Positions 20,011-29,943 are shown, counted from the first letter of the stretch. The stretch: DNA of 64,000 nt from Nitrosopumilus sp. (GCA_965206745.1 OZ242220.1:448001-512000); one strand, 5' to 3'. The notes: a model not told the origin generated them from the sequence alone. Numbers and translations are program-made.

Positions 20011-20262
20011 TCTGTTTTTGTTTGAGAGATATTATCATTAACATCGAAATATCAAAAATTAATTCTTAAAAATATGAGACCAAGATGATAATTGATATAT
20101 GTTTAGAAAATAAAAAGAGGATCAAATTAACAAATCTTGCTTAGATGTCATAGAACCACGTTTATCAAATTTGTAACCTGGGAAAGATATTGATCTGACG
20201 AAGATTTGACCAGACCCTTGGATCATCATATTTATATTCTAACATGGTAATACTATGAAATA

Positions 20263-20667
20263 ATGAAGGATGTGAAAATAGTATTTACTGATAGAATTCA
20301 AGATATACAAACAAACCTTCAAAATGCAAATTATTCTGTTTGTAATAGAATTTCTCATGATTTGGTAACCTTTGCATGGAATCTAGAGTTAAAGGATGAG
20401 GTATTCATAAGCGAGGTTTTAGAAAGTGTGTTTGGCAATCTGGAAGAGACATCTGCACAATACAATATTCCAAAAAACATCCAAGAAAAAATTGTTTCAG
20501 ATGTCTCAGAAAAAATCAAATTGTTAAGGGAGACATATGAGACTAAAGATCCATGTAAACTATATGAAAGTCTCAAGCAATTACGTTATGTTACAACGCA
20601 ACATCAGCTGCATGTATGGCAACGTTGTGATATGCCATCTCAAATATCGAGGAGAATAATTAGATAA
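20263..20667 (+). CDS. Hypothetical helical protein (island operon gene 1)
   Basis: 134-aa ORF; TTTATA box upstream. Confidence 0.7.
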   Translation: MKDVKIVFTDRIQDIQTNLQNANYSVCNRISHDLVTFAWNLELKDEVFISEVLESVFGNLEETSAQYNIPKNIQEKIVSDVSEKIKLLRETYETKDPCKLYESLKQLRYVTTQHQLHVWQRCDMPSQISRRIIR

Positions 20668-20676
20668 GGATGAGAT

Positions 20677-21081
20677 ATGACAAAAATATCTGAAAATAAA
20701 TATGTGTTTGAATCAGAACACAATATGGCTACATTAAGTTATGTTAAAAAAGAACTTCAAAATAATTCCTCTGAAAATTCAAACAACATACAACATTTGA
20801 CTATTGAATTATGTGACTTAATTGAAAGAATTTTGAAAAATCAAAACGAAATGCAACAACAACTTGAAGATAATGGTTTTGATAAGAATCAATCAAACAA
20901 CGATGTTGATAATTTTAATTTGGATAAAGAAAGTGTAAAGAAAATAATATTAAAAGAAATTAGTGTAGGGCAGATATTTTATCCAAGTGACATAGCTAAT
21001 GAATACAGTTTAGATTTACGAATGGTCATGACAATAATGGATGAATTAAAAGAAAGCAAGCAGATTATTGAAAATATGTAG
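20677..21081 (+). CDS. Hypothetical protein with coiled coil and C-terminal winged HTH
   Basis: FYPSDIANEYSLDLRMVMTIMDEL HTH-like segment; 9 bp after the previous gene. Confidence 0.7.
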   Translation: MTKISENKYVFESEHNMATLSYVKKELQNNSSENSNNIQHLTIELCDLIERILKNQNEMQQQLEDNGFDKNQSNNDVDNFNLDKESVKKIILKEISVGQIFYPSDIANEYSLDLRMVMTIMDELKESKQIIENM

Positions 21082-21087
21082 AGCGAC

Positions 21088-21264
21088 ATGCCGAGTTATT
21101 ATAAAAATGGGGATTGTATACGAGGTGAACGCATTGCATGTCAATGTAGAAAAAAGAATAGCGAAAAAGTCATACCGATGACTGGAAATCATAGAGGAAC
21201 ACGAATAATTCTATCTGGCAACACATATTGTGTAATTGAAGTAGAAATGATGAGAATTGCTTGA
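21088..21264 (+). CDS. 58-aa ORF, possibly truncated third gene of the operon
   Basis: ATG 6 bp after the previous stop; MPSYYKNGDCIRGERIACQCRKK... Confidence 0.4.
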   Translation: MPSYYKNGDCIRGERIACQCRKKNSEKVIPMTGNHRGTRIILSGNTYCVIEVEMMRIA

Positions 21265-21357
21265 ATCTATGTCTGATTAGGTGTGTTGGCTATGTATTTA
21301 ATCGGGGGATCAGGTTTTACCGGAAGATAAACAATGAAATACAGATCTTCTCCAGAT

Positions 21358-21629
21358 TCAAATCAATATTGATTGAATTTGGTTAAATTGCATTATCAGG
21401 CCAGTTAATACCAATATTACGCCTAAACCTCTAATACGTTTCTTATTTGATTGAAGGATTTGGTTCAATCTATCAGTTAATTTATCATCCGGTTCTAATT
21501 TTGGATTTTTTTTATTTTATAAATCATAAATCCTGCAATAATCAATATCATTATTTTCTTAATCATAAATTCAAAGAGTAGTACAAACCCAGCCAATTCT
21601 AAGATTATTCCAACATCGCCAAGATACAA
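21358..21629 (-). pseudogene. Small membrane protein interrupted by a frameshift in an A8 tract (A9 restores ~90 aa)
   Basis: MYLGDVGIILELAGFVLLFE...YKIKK then, in another frame, NPKLEPDD...GLGVILVLTGLIMQF; T8 at 21506-21513 on the + strand. Confidence 0.6.
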
Positions 21630-21900
21630 TTTTATGAGTTGATCTCAATACGACATTAACCTATCTATTACAAATTGTTATTCTATTGTACGAGAATTAG
21701 TTGGCCTTAATTTTAAAAGAATCTACAGGCGAATATTTAAGATTTTATCGATCAAGAATATCAATGGTAAACAGAATGTTCAAGTTCATACCATTGGAGA
21801 TAGTTGAAATCCAGCGATTGTACAGGTGAGTAGTTCATCAATCTACTGACCAGTACATGATTAAAAAAATCTTTTATACATATTGTTATATTAAATTTCT

Positions 21901-22497
21901 ATGAAATCGCTGAAACGATCAAAAACATATCCCATCGATCCTTCATACAAAAAAAAGAAAGATAGAAAAGAAAAGTTTCATAATGAAAAAGAAAATAAAT
22001 CTTATGATGATAATTCTGAGAATTATCTTATAGATACAAATGTTCTATATGATATGTATTATGATTCATCTGCCTGTGAAAAATTAAAAAAGCATTCAAA
22101 TAAAAAGAAAATTAATTTACATATTATAGAGCAAATAAAAGATGAGTTTAAATTTCTCATAGTTAATAAACTACCTGAAAAATATGATGAATTTCAAGAT
22201 GATCAGAAAAAAAATAAATTCAAAAAGACATTGAAAAAGCTAGGTAAATTTAACTATATTGAATCCCCAAGAAATTCTAAGGATTGGATTTGGGCAGATA
22301 ACTTTCGTAAAACCAAAGGAAAGGAATATAAAAATTACCACGGACAAGGATTAAGTATTGAAGATTGCTTGTTATACCGATATTATTTAATTAATTCGAA
22401 CTATGAATTGATTACAAATGATAAGCAATTAAAAATTGCTGCAGGAGAAATAAAAGAAAAATTTAGACCAAAAATGATTTTTGATCCATTATTGTAA
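21901..22497 (+). CDS. PIN-domain nuclease
   Basis: YLIDTNVL, IKDEF, LSIEDCLL, LITNDKQL acidic tetrad. Confidence 0.85.
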   Translation: MKSLKRSKTYPIDPSYKKKKDRKEKFHNEKENKSYDDNSENYLIDTNVLYDMYYDSSACEKLKKHSNKKKINLHIIEQIKDEFKFLIVNKLPEKYDEFQDDQKKNKFKKTLKKLGKFNYIESPRNSKDWIWADNFRKTKGKEYKNYHGQGLSIEDCLLYRYYLINSNYELITNDKQLKIAAGEIKEKFRPKMIFDPLL

Positions 22498-22623
22498 TAT
22501 AATTTTTATTTTATTATCGAGATATGTAAGAGAAAATCTTCGTGAGCTATTTAACTTCTTATTTAGATGCCTGATTTTTGACCAGAGCCAGCTGGAGTGT
22601 TGTAAATGAAAAACTTCTCAAAA

Positions 22624-23190
22624 TTAACGTCTATGCCTAAAATTTGATTTTTGCCCAAGTCTTGTATTTCTTTTAAGACTATCAATTTCTCTTTTCATAT
22701 TTTGAACTTTTTTCATCAGCATAACTATCAATGACCCATGTTCATTATACAACATCCTATCAAGACATTCCTTACTTGAAAGTATATGATCAAATTCCTC
22801 CTTTTTATTTTTAAATAATGTATCACATTTCTTACATTGGAATAAATGATGAATTTCAAATAAATGAGACAATAATTTATTTTTATCAGCCGGTGAACTA
22901 TTCGCAAAAATTCTATCATCATCAAGAAATTCATAATCATCACAATACACACATCTAGTATATCTTGAAAAATTATGACTAAAATCATTATACTCATTAT
23001 AATCTGTAGAATTTGGACATTTAAGTTTCCTATCTTGAATATCTTTCTTACCACACAAATAGCTATTATTATGTTCATCACATGCAAAAAATCCACAATT
23101 CTTACATTTATACACTGTCTGTGAAAACATGGAAGATTCATTACATAAAAGCACCTTATCACACTTGCCACATTTTATCTCACTAGCCAT
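22624..23190 (-). CDS. Multi-zinc-finger protein (several CxxC, C2H2-like) with C-terminal coiled coil
   Basis: CGKC, CKNC..CDEH, CVYC..H..H, CKKC..F..H motifs. Confidence 0.7.
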   Translation of the reverse strand: MASEIKCGKCDKVLLCNESSMFSQTVYKCKNCGFFACDEHNNSYLCGKKDIQDRKLKCPNSTDYNEYNDFSHNFSRYTRCVYCDDYEFLDDDRIFANSSPADKNKLLSHLFEIHHLFQCKKCDTLFKNKKEEFDHILSSKECLDRMLYNEHGSLIVMLMKKVQNMKREIDSLKRNTRLGQKSNFRHRR

Positions 23191-23484
23191 TAATACACAA
23201 TCAACTTTAATGTAATAATAGTTTTTAAATTTTTTATTGGAACAATAAAAGAATGATTATACAATGTATTGTCACATCCATCATGCCCAATACCTACATT
23301 TTTGATTCTATATACAATCGAATTATTATCAGATATAATTAATAAATGCAATTCTTTGAATTCAACAAGATCAATATCTACAGAATTTTAACAAAACTCG
23401 AATAATTGAATCTATTTTCATTAATGACTAGAATTTTTCTCTAGATAACTTGATTCAATCGCTGTAAAATTTTGATTTAAAATC

Positions 23485-23754
23485 CTAATTAGATCCTGCG
23501 TATGTCTTTATTTTCCTAGCAAAATCTCTCAAATCACTAAAAACATACTTAACTTCAAATAATACACATTGTTTCTTTAGATTATCATCGTTTGTTACCA
23601 CAACAAGATTTTCTTTATTTGCAAATTTAGCCACATCTGAATCACTTGATTTCAACGGTGGACAATTTTCATCTCCTATTCTTCTGTATTTTAACTCAAA
23701 TACATCTAGATACCTGTCCAATCCTAGTACATTTTCATCTAAAAGAAATTCCAT
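23485..23754 (-). CDS. DUF5615/Mut7-C PIN-like protein
   Basis: FLLDENV, SDSDV..FA, VVVTND motifs. Confidence 0.85.
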   Translation of the reverse strand: MEFLLDENVLGLDRYLDVFELKYRRIGDENCPPLKSSDSDVAKFANKENLVVVTNDDNLKKQCVLFEVKYVFSDLRDFARKIKTYAGSN

Positions 23755-24093
23755 TTTCTACACTATTGTTTCTGAAAATTTTGAATTAAATCTTTCTTAA
23801 TAATTAAATCTCACGAATGGATCTTTTAGAGACATCTTACTTTAATGGCTGGGTTGATGCCAAAGATATTTTTTAATCTTATAAATTCAAATATTTCTGA
23901 TCTTTTTTTGTGCAAAATGCATCAAGTTTTTGATCACCACTGCAAAGTTTCTCTGCCTTTTTCCCTCAAAATTCACCTGTTCTCTGATTTTCTTTAAAAT
24001 AGTTGATATTTTACCCCCCATCCACTAGAAAAAGGCTGCAAATCCATCCAAAATCGTCGATTTGTTGATATAGTCGATTCGTGTAGTTTCTGT

Positions 24094-24333
24094 ATGGCAA
24101 CAGCTTATGTTCTGATAAACTGTGAACTGGGTTCTGAGGAGGCTATTATTCAGCAGCTAAAGGGCTTGGATGGTGTCAAGGAAGTTCATGGAACTTTTGG
24201 CGCATACGATATTTTGGCCAAGATCGAGTCTGATACCGTTGAGAAACTTAGAGAGACAATTACCTGGAAGATCAGAAAAATCGAAAAGATTCGCTCAACT
24301 CTAACCTTGATGGGTATTGAAGGCCAAACATAA
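24094..24333 (+). CDS. Lrp/AsnC ligand-binding (RAM) domain protein
   Basis: AYVLINCELG, HGTFGAYDI, IRSTLTL motifs. Confidence 0.92.
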   Translation: MATAYVLINCELGSEEAIIQQLKGLDGVKEVHGTFGAYDILAKIESDTVEKLRETITWKIRKIEKIRSTLTLMGIEGQT

Positions 24334-24351
24334 ACACCTTTTTTTCTTATT

Positions 24352-24921
24352 ATGATCCTGCATTTTATCTTCCTAGTGCGCAGCGAGGATCGTCCCAAAC
24401 GGCAGTTCGAGTTTGAGTATGTCAAAAAGATGGCCAGGTTTTACCAGGTATGGCTGAAACAAAACTTTGGGAAGGACTTTGAGATTCAATGCGACGAGAT
24501 GATTACAACGCCTACCAGCATCTTACAGCGCCCGGACACGCATACGCTGGTGCGTGATCACAACCAGCGGGGACAAGACACATACCATTTCTATCTGGCC
24601 CACTTTAAACCGTGGTGGACTGACTGCACCTGTGATGGGTATCATGCTGAAAATTTTGGAATGATACATTGGCAGTCCCCAAAGGAGCCTGGCAACACTT
24701 TATTTCTTGCAGAGAAAAACTGCACCACTGTATCGCACGAACTAATTCACGAGATGCTGAGAGTCAGCGGACACAAAAAATTCATCCAGGACGTGCATGA
24801 CGTGTGGACCAGGCATCTCTTTGAGCAGCTAGAGTTTGAGCAGTACGGCGAGGATTTCCAGAGGACTGATGGCAAACCCATGTTCCTTACCATGGATACC
24901 TCGCAGTTTGCCCTGCAGTAA
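24352..24921 (+). CDS. Hypothetical protein with HExxH zincin-like motif
   Basis: VSHELIHEML motif; core-like composition. Confidence 0.75.
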   Translation: MILHFIFLVRSEDRPKRQFEFEYVKKMARFYQVWLKQNFGKDFEIQCDEMITTPTSILQRPDTHTLVRDHNQRGQDTYHFYLAHFKPWWTDCTCDGYHAENFGMIHWQSPKEPGNTLFLAEKNCTTVSHELIHEMLRVSGHKKFIQDVHDVWTRHLFEQLEFEQYGEDFQRTDGKPMFLTMDTSQFALQ

Positions 24922-24932
24922 AATTTCCACAT

Positions 24933-25565
24933 CTAGCATTTGGTGACTGAGTAGATGTTGTTCTCAAAGTTTGCAGTCTTGAAATCCAGCTTGTTTTCAG
25001 GATCATTGGTTCTTGACTTGCTTAGCGTTTCCAGCTCTACAAGCGCATCGCCCCTGAATCCCACTGATGAGCCGTAAATTCCATCAGTCAGCATGGTTCC
25101 GTGATCCCCCTTTTTGATGTCATCTACCATGTCGTAGAATCTGGTCGTCTCTTTTTTATTTACCGGGTTTCCAGTTGCCTTGTTGTGTGCAATTGCTATG
25201 TACATTCCGTTGTTTTTGACTGTAACTGAGACCTTGTGATTTTTGCCAGATGCCCCGGGAATCGTATCGTTTACTATCACCTCGCACTTGTGATACATGC
25301 TTGATACGTATGCAAAGAACCTGTACTGCGCATACTTTCCTGCCACATCTTCTGCACACTCGACAAAGACCCTGTGTAGTAATTGCAAGGCGTCATCGTT
25401 CATACTTTGCAGCCTGTCATCTATCCTTCCCCTCTCGAGGAGCTCTGACTTGCATTCCTTTGCGACTAGGACCAGGATAAAGTCCGGCAGGTTGTAGTTT
25501 TTCAGGGCCGCAACAAATGCGCCTGCCTGCGACATGCCAAACTTTGGAAATCCCTTATTGACCAT
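24933..25565 (-). CDS. Hypothetical protein; C-terminus resembles a degenerate Mrr/restriction-endonuclease fold
   Basis: IPGASGKNHKVSV...SVGF..DA pattern without the usual D-ExK residues. Confidence 0.7.
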   Translation of the reverse strand: MVNKGFPKFGMSQAGAFVAALKNYNLPDFILVLVAKECKSELLERGRIDDRLQSMNDDALQLLHRVFVECAEDVAGKYAQYRFFAYVSSMYHKCEVIVNDTIPGASGKNHKVSVTVKNNGMYIAIAHNKATGNPVNKKETTRFYDMVDDIKKGDHGTMLTDGIYGSSVGFRGDALVELETLSKSRTNDPENKLDFKTANFENNIYSVTKC

Positions 25566-25725
25566 AGTCGCACCTCGATTTGAAATATTTATCTTTAATA
25601 TACAACAATGTATTAAAAAGTCGCTTTTGGCTTATAATTGTTGAGGATTAACCCAAGGTGTAATCGGGACAAATCAAATCTTTTAATTGCAAATATTAAA
25701 TTCAGGGATTAATTTACCATCTATT

Positions 25726-27990
25726 GTGGAGATAGATACTACTGTAGAACTTGTTTCTGATGTTTATTTGAAGTTAAGGGAGAATATTGCAAGATACCGA
25801 GATGTGGTCAAAAGACCGCTGACACTTACTGAAAAGATCCTCTCTGGCCATCTTGATAAAATTGATGGTACCGTCTTTGCCGGTGGAGTGGACTATGTAT
25901 TTTTAAAACCAGACAGGGTGGCACTGCAGGATGTGACAGGCCAGATGGTGATGCTCCAGTTTATGCAGGCAGAGTTAAAGCAGACGACCTTGCCGACAAC
26001 CGTCCACTGTGATCACCTGATCAGGGCAGAGGTTCAGGGTGACATAGACATGAAGGTGTCCCTTGATGAGAACAGCGAGGTCTTTAAATTTTTACAGTCC
26101 GCATCTGCAAAGTACGGATGCGGCTTTTGGAAGCCCGGTGCGGGAATCATTCACCAGGTGGTCCTAGAGAACTATGCGTTTCCTGGCGGGCTGATGATAG
26201 GTACTGACTCCCACACTCCGAATGCCGGCGGTCTTGGCATGATTGCTATTGGTGTCGGGGGACTTGATGCCGCTGAAACAATGGCAGGCCTGCCATGGGA
26301 GTTGCTTTATCCCAAAAAGATCGGCGTGAAACTGACTGGCAAGCTAAACGGATGGACTGCACCCAAGGACATCATACTAAAAGTCGCAGAGCAGCTGACT
26401 GTATCTGGAGGTACGAATGCAATTGTGGAATATTTCGGACCTGGAACAGAATCAATCAGCTGTACTGGAAAAGCTACAATTACCAACATGGGTGCGGAGA
26501 TTGGGGCGACCTGTTCTGTATTCCCGTACGACAAACGAATGGAGACCTATCTAAAATATACAGACAGAACCGACATTGCAGAACTTGCAAACCAGAATAA
26601 AGAGTCACTTGTTGCAGATGCCGAGGTCGAGTCAAATCCGGAAAAATTCTTTGACAGGGTAATTGAGATTGATCTCTCAACTTTGGAGCCCCACATCGTC
26701 GGCCCCCACACACCTGACCTTGCAAGGACGATTACAGAATTAGCTGATGATGTAAAGGACAAAGACTATGTGGATCCAATCTCTGTTGCGCTAATTGGCA
26801 GCTGTACAAACTCCTCTTATGAGGACATGTCAAGGGCAGCAGGCTTGGCAGAACAGGCAAAAGCTAAGGGAATCAAGGCAAAGATTCCATTGTTGGTGAC
26901 TCCGGGGTCTGAACAGATCCGTGGAACCATAGAGCGGGACGGGCAGATGGACTCCCTCAAGGACATTGGTGCGACGGTTCTGGCAAATGCCTGTGGCCCC
27001 TGCATTGGCCAGTGGAGCAGGCCTGAACTGGACGAGGATCAGCAAAACACCATCGTTACGACATTTAACAGGAATTTTCCGGGACGAAATGACGGAAGCA
27101 GGACCACGCTGAACTTTATTGGCAGCCCTGAGATGATAATTGCCCTGGCACTGGGCGGCAGGCTCTCATTTAATCCGCTCAAAGATGATCTTGTTGCATC
27201 AGACGGTACGCGATTCAAACTAGAGCCTCCAAAGCCTGCACCCGAGGTTCCAAAGGAGGGTTTTGTGAGACCCGAGGGAACCTTCATCGCACCACCGGCT
27301 AACTCTGATGATGTTACGGTACTAATTGATCCTGACAGCAAGAGACTGCAGCGTCTGGAGCCGTTCTCAAAATGGGACGGCAATGATTTTTGCGACATTC
27401 CAGTTATGGTAAAGGCTCAGGGCAAGTGCACCACTGATCACATATCCCCTGCAGGTGCATGGCTTTCTCTGCGGGGACACTTGGATAACCTCAGTGACAA
27501 CATGCTTTTGGGAGCAGTCAATGCGTTTAATGACAAGGTGGGTCACGGCAAGAATGTCCTAAATGACAAGGTGGAGCCATTCTCACAGATTGCAAGACAG
27601 TACAAGGAGAACAAGATGCGGTGGGTGATTATCGGTGATAACAATTATGGTGAGGGGAGCAGCAGGGAGCATGCCGCAATGACTCCGCGCTTTCTGGGAT
27701 GTGCTGCTGTAATCACAAAGAGTCTGGCCAGAATTCACGAGACGAACCTGAAAAAACAAGGCATCTTGGCATTGACGTTTGGGAATCCTGATGACTATGA
27801 AAAAATTCTACAAGATGACAAAATCAGTCTGCTTGATCTAGGTGAACTGGCACCGGGCAGACAAGTTAGATGTGTCATTTTACATGCTGATGGGGGAAAG
27901 GATGAAATTTTACTGAACCACTCTTACAACAAATCACAGATCGAGTGGTTCAAGGCAGGATCAGCACTCAACGTGTTGAGAAACAGATAG
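25726..27990 (+). CDS. acnA: Aconitate hydratase (mitochondrial-type); likely GTG start at 25726
   Basis: DRVALQD, HCDHLI, GTDSHT, IGSCTNSSYED, CGPCIGQW, NRNF, TTDHIS, GSSREHA motifs. Confidence 0.95.
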   Translation: MEIDTTVELVSDVYLKLRENIARYRDVVKRPLTLTEKILSGHLDKIDGTVFAGGVDYVFLKPDRVALQDVTGQMVMLQFMQAELKQTTLPTTVHCDHLIRAEVQGDIDMKVSLDENSEVFKFLQSASAKYGCGFWKPGAGIIHQVVLENYAFPGGLMIGTDSHTPNAGGLGMIAIGVGGLDAAETMAGLPWELLYPKKIGVKLTGKLNGWTAPKDIILKVAEQLTVSGGTNAIVEYFGPGTESISCTGKATITNMGAEIGATCSVFPYDKRMETYLKYTDRTDIAELANQNKESLVADAEVESNPEKFFDRVIEIDLSTLEPHIVGPHTPDLARTITELADDVKDKDYVDPISVALIGSCTNSSYEDMSRAAGLAEQAKAKGIKAKIPLLVTPGSEQIRGTIERDGQMDSLKDIGATVLANACGPCIGQWSRPELDEDQQNTIVTTFNRNFPGRNDGSRTTLNFIGSPEMIIALALGGRLSFNPLKDDLVASDGTRFKLEPPKPAPEVPKEGFVRPEGTFIAPPANSDDVTVLIDPDSKRLQRLEPFSKWDGNDFCDIPVMVKAQGKCTTDHISPAGAWLSLRGHLDNLSDNMLLGAVNAFNDKVGHGKNVLNDKVEPFSQIARQYKENKMRWVIIGDNNYGEGSSREHAAMTPRFLGCAAVITKSLARIHETNLKKQGILALTFGNPDDYEKILQDDKISLLDLGELAPGRQVRCVILHADGGKDEILLNHSYNKSQIEWFKAGSALNVLRNR

Positions 27991-28177
27991 GATTCTTTGA
28001 CGTGTGCCGTTGGCATAAAATTGAACGTGCTTTGCATGACTATTGGGCCATCAGGCAATATCCTACTTTGTGATATCTGGGAAGACAATCCCATGATTTT
28101 TCAATTGCACCCTGAAATATCTGAAAAACAATTTTTCCATAAAGGGAAATCTTGGATAAAATCTCCAAACTCCCATG

Positions 28178-28855
28178 TCACTTTTTTCTTAAAACCAACT
28201 CCCACTGTGACCATGTACCTGCGCCGGGTATGGTTCGTATTGTTTTGTTCTCATATGGCAGTATTACATATTCAAATTCTTTTGATAGAACATCGAGCTC
28301 TTGGCGTGAGTAAAAATGAATGTTGATGTCCTTCTTTGGACCTTCTGTGTATAGAACGGTCTTTCCATCAAAACTTGTTTCCTCAACTATTGTGTGTTTA
28401 TGGTAGATATCAGTAGAAACAGAATTGACGGACAAAAACAACAATCCGTCAGATTTTAACAGGCCTGATGTTTTTGCAAAATATTTTGATATCTCATCCC
28501 ATGTGCCGTGTTGAAATACCTGTATGGCTATGATATAATCAAAGAGCAGTGCTGAATTGAAATCTAGAAAACCAACACACTCTAATCTGTTTGCAGATTC
28601 AGTTGCCCTCTGTTTCAATCTGTCTATTGCTGCAGCCGATATGTCTATTCCAAATATGTCCAGTCCGTGTGCAATTAGGGGGACATAATTTCTTCCATTG
28701 CCGCATCCGACATACAAGCCACTGCCGTTTGATTTTTCAAGGCTATCCAAAGTCTGCATAATCGTACCAACAAACTTTGTTGGCGGTTCGTTCTCATATC
28801 TTCCACGTTCATATTCTTCATCCCATCTTTGAGAGACTATGCTGTCTTTTTGCAC
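28178..28855 (-). CDS. Class I SAM-dependent methyltransferase
   Basis: LYVGCGNGRN, GIDIS, LKSDGLLFL motifs. Confidence 0.88.
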   Translation of the reverse strand: MQKDSIVSQRWDEEYERGRYENEPPTKFVGTIMQTLDSLEKSNGSGLYVGCGNGRNYVPLIAHGLDIFGIDISAAAIDRLKQRATESANRLECVGFLDFNSALLFDYIIAIQVFQHGTWDEISKYFAKTSGLLKSDGLLFLSVNSVSTDIYHKHTIVEETSFDGKTVLYTEGPKKDINIHFYSRQELDVLSKEFEYVILPYENKTIRTIPGAGTWSQWELVLRKK

Positions 28856-29137
28856 AATTTTTAATTGTTAATCTTGATATTAATCAGTTTCATTTCAGTG
28901 CTTTTTTTATTAACGGCATGCAAGTCTGAATTTCCAAAGTCTTGAATCTAAAAAGGATCTGCATTGTATATACACAACTTTACACTCTTGCATCACATTT
29001 ATCCCTGCTGTACATTATGCCGACAGAGATGATTCACAAAATTGCATGATATGACTGATTTTAAAACAATGACTGCGAGTCTATCCATTACAGGAAAAAG
29101 CCCACATGGCTCAAGATATCTGACATTGGTTGTGACG

Positions 29138-29291
29138 TGGGGCCGACCGGAATTGAACCGGCGACCTACGGGTCACTACAGCTCCAAACTTACATCATCC
29201 GTGAGTCAGTTTAGCTTAGTTAACCTTTGGAGCCCTTAGCGGTGATCTTTTTCGTAGACACTGTCGCCCTACCAGGCTAGGCTACGACCCC
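29138..29291 (-). tRNA. tRNA-Trp(CCA) with two introns: 28/29 (29236-29262, 27 nt) and 37/38 (29174-29226, 53 nt)
   Basis: Removing both introns gives GGGGTCG...ACGGG-CT-CCA-AA-CCCGT...GCCGG-TTCAATT-CCGGT-CGGCCCC-A. BHB-type motifs flank both introns. Confidence 0.9.
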
Positions 29292-29379
29292 ACAAACAAG
29301 AATGAAATGGACTTGAATTTTAAGTTATTTTTAACCAAGATTTATTTGCGATACAGGCTAATTCGTAGCTGTTAATCAT

Positions 29380-29913
29380 ATGGTAAAGTCAGTTTACATA
29401 CTATTGGGGGCCATTCCGGTCATTGCAGCCCTCCTGCTTGTCACCCCCTTACTGCTAAAAAATGAGATTCCCACATCTGCGGCAAATCACACAGATAACC
29501 TTGAAATCCAATACACCAAGCACCAGCTCAAAAAGATCTCCTATGGCGTAACAGAGCGGATTGGGGCCCAAAAGACCGAGATTCTCTACATCAAAAATAA
29601 CGGCGACATAAAATATTCAATAACTGAAGAGGGATACATCAAGCCTGATGTTAGCTCAAAGCTAGGTGAGGCCCAACTCAACAAGATCAAGGCATTAATC
29701 AAGGAGACAGGCTTTATTGCAATCCCGTCTGAATCCTTTGAGGTGATGGAAAATGCCACGCAGTACCAGAAATCAAACATCAAGGTCACACTCAACGGGC
29801 GTGACAACCATATTCACTGGCCGCAACAAAACGTCACAGAAGATTTCATTCCGCCGATAATCACCATGGTCGAGTCTGAGCTGGATTCCATTATATCCGA
29901 ATTTGGTGAATAG
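29380..29913 (+). CDS. Membrane-anchored hypothetical protein
   Basis: N-terminal TM segment; 177 aa. Confidence 0.75.
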   Translation: MVKSVYILLGAIPVIAALLLVTPLLLKNEIPTSAANHTDNLEIQYTKHQLKKISYGVTERIGAQKTEILYIKNNGDIKYSITEEGYIKPDVSSKLGEAQLNKIKALIKETGFIAIPSESFEVMENATQYQKSNIKVTLNGRDNHIHWPQQNVTEDFIPPIITMVESELDSIISEFGE

Positions 29914-29943
29914 ATACAAATAGTCTTTAGGAAAAATTAACAC

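Noticed and set aside
21800-21813. 14-mer ATAGTTGAAATCCA also found at 61865-61878
   Set aside because: The match does not extend, and repeats of this length are expected by chance in 64 kb of AT-rich DNA.
20200-22600. Recurring TGACCAG between island genes as possible integron-like cassette sites
   Set aside because: Only 7 bp, no shared flanks or hairpins, mixed gene orientations and no integrase seen.
22728-23171. 147-aa Ile/Met-rich alternative-frame ORF
   Set aside because: Shadow frame of the zinc-finger gene in AT-rich DNA.
29042-29239. 65-aa plus-strand ORF
   Set aside because: Antisense to the intron-containing tRNA-Trp.
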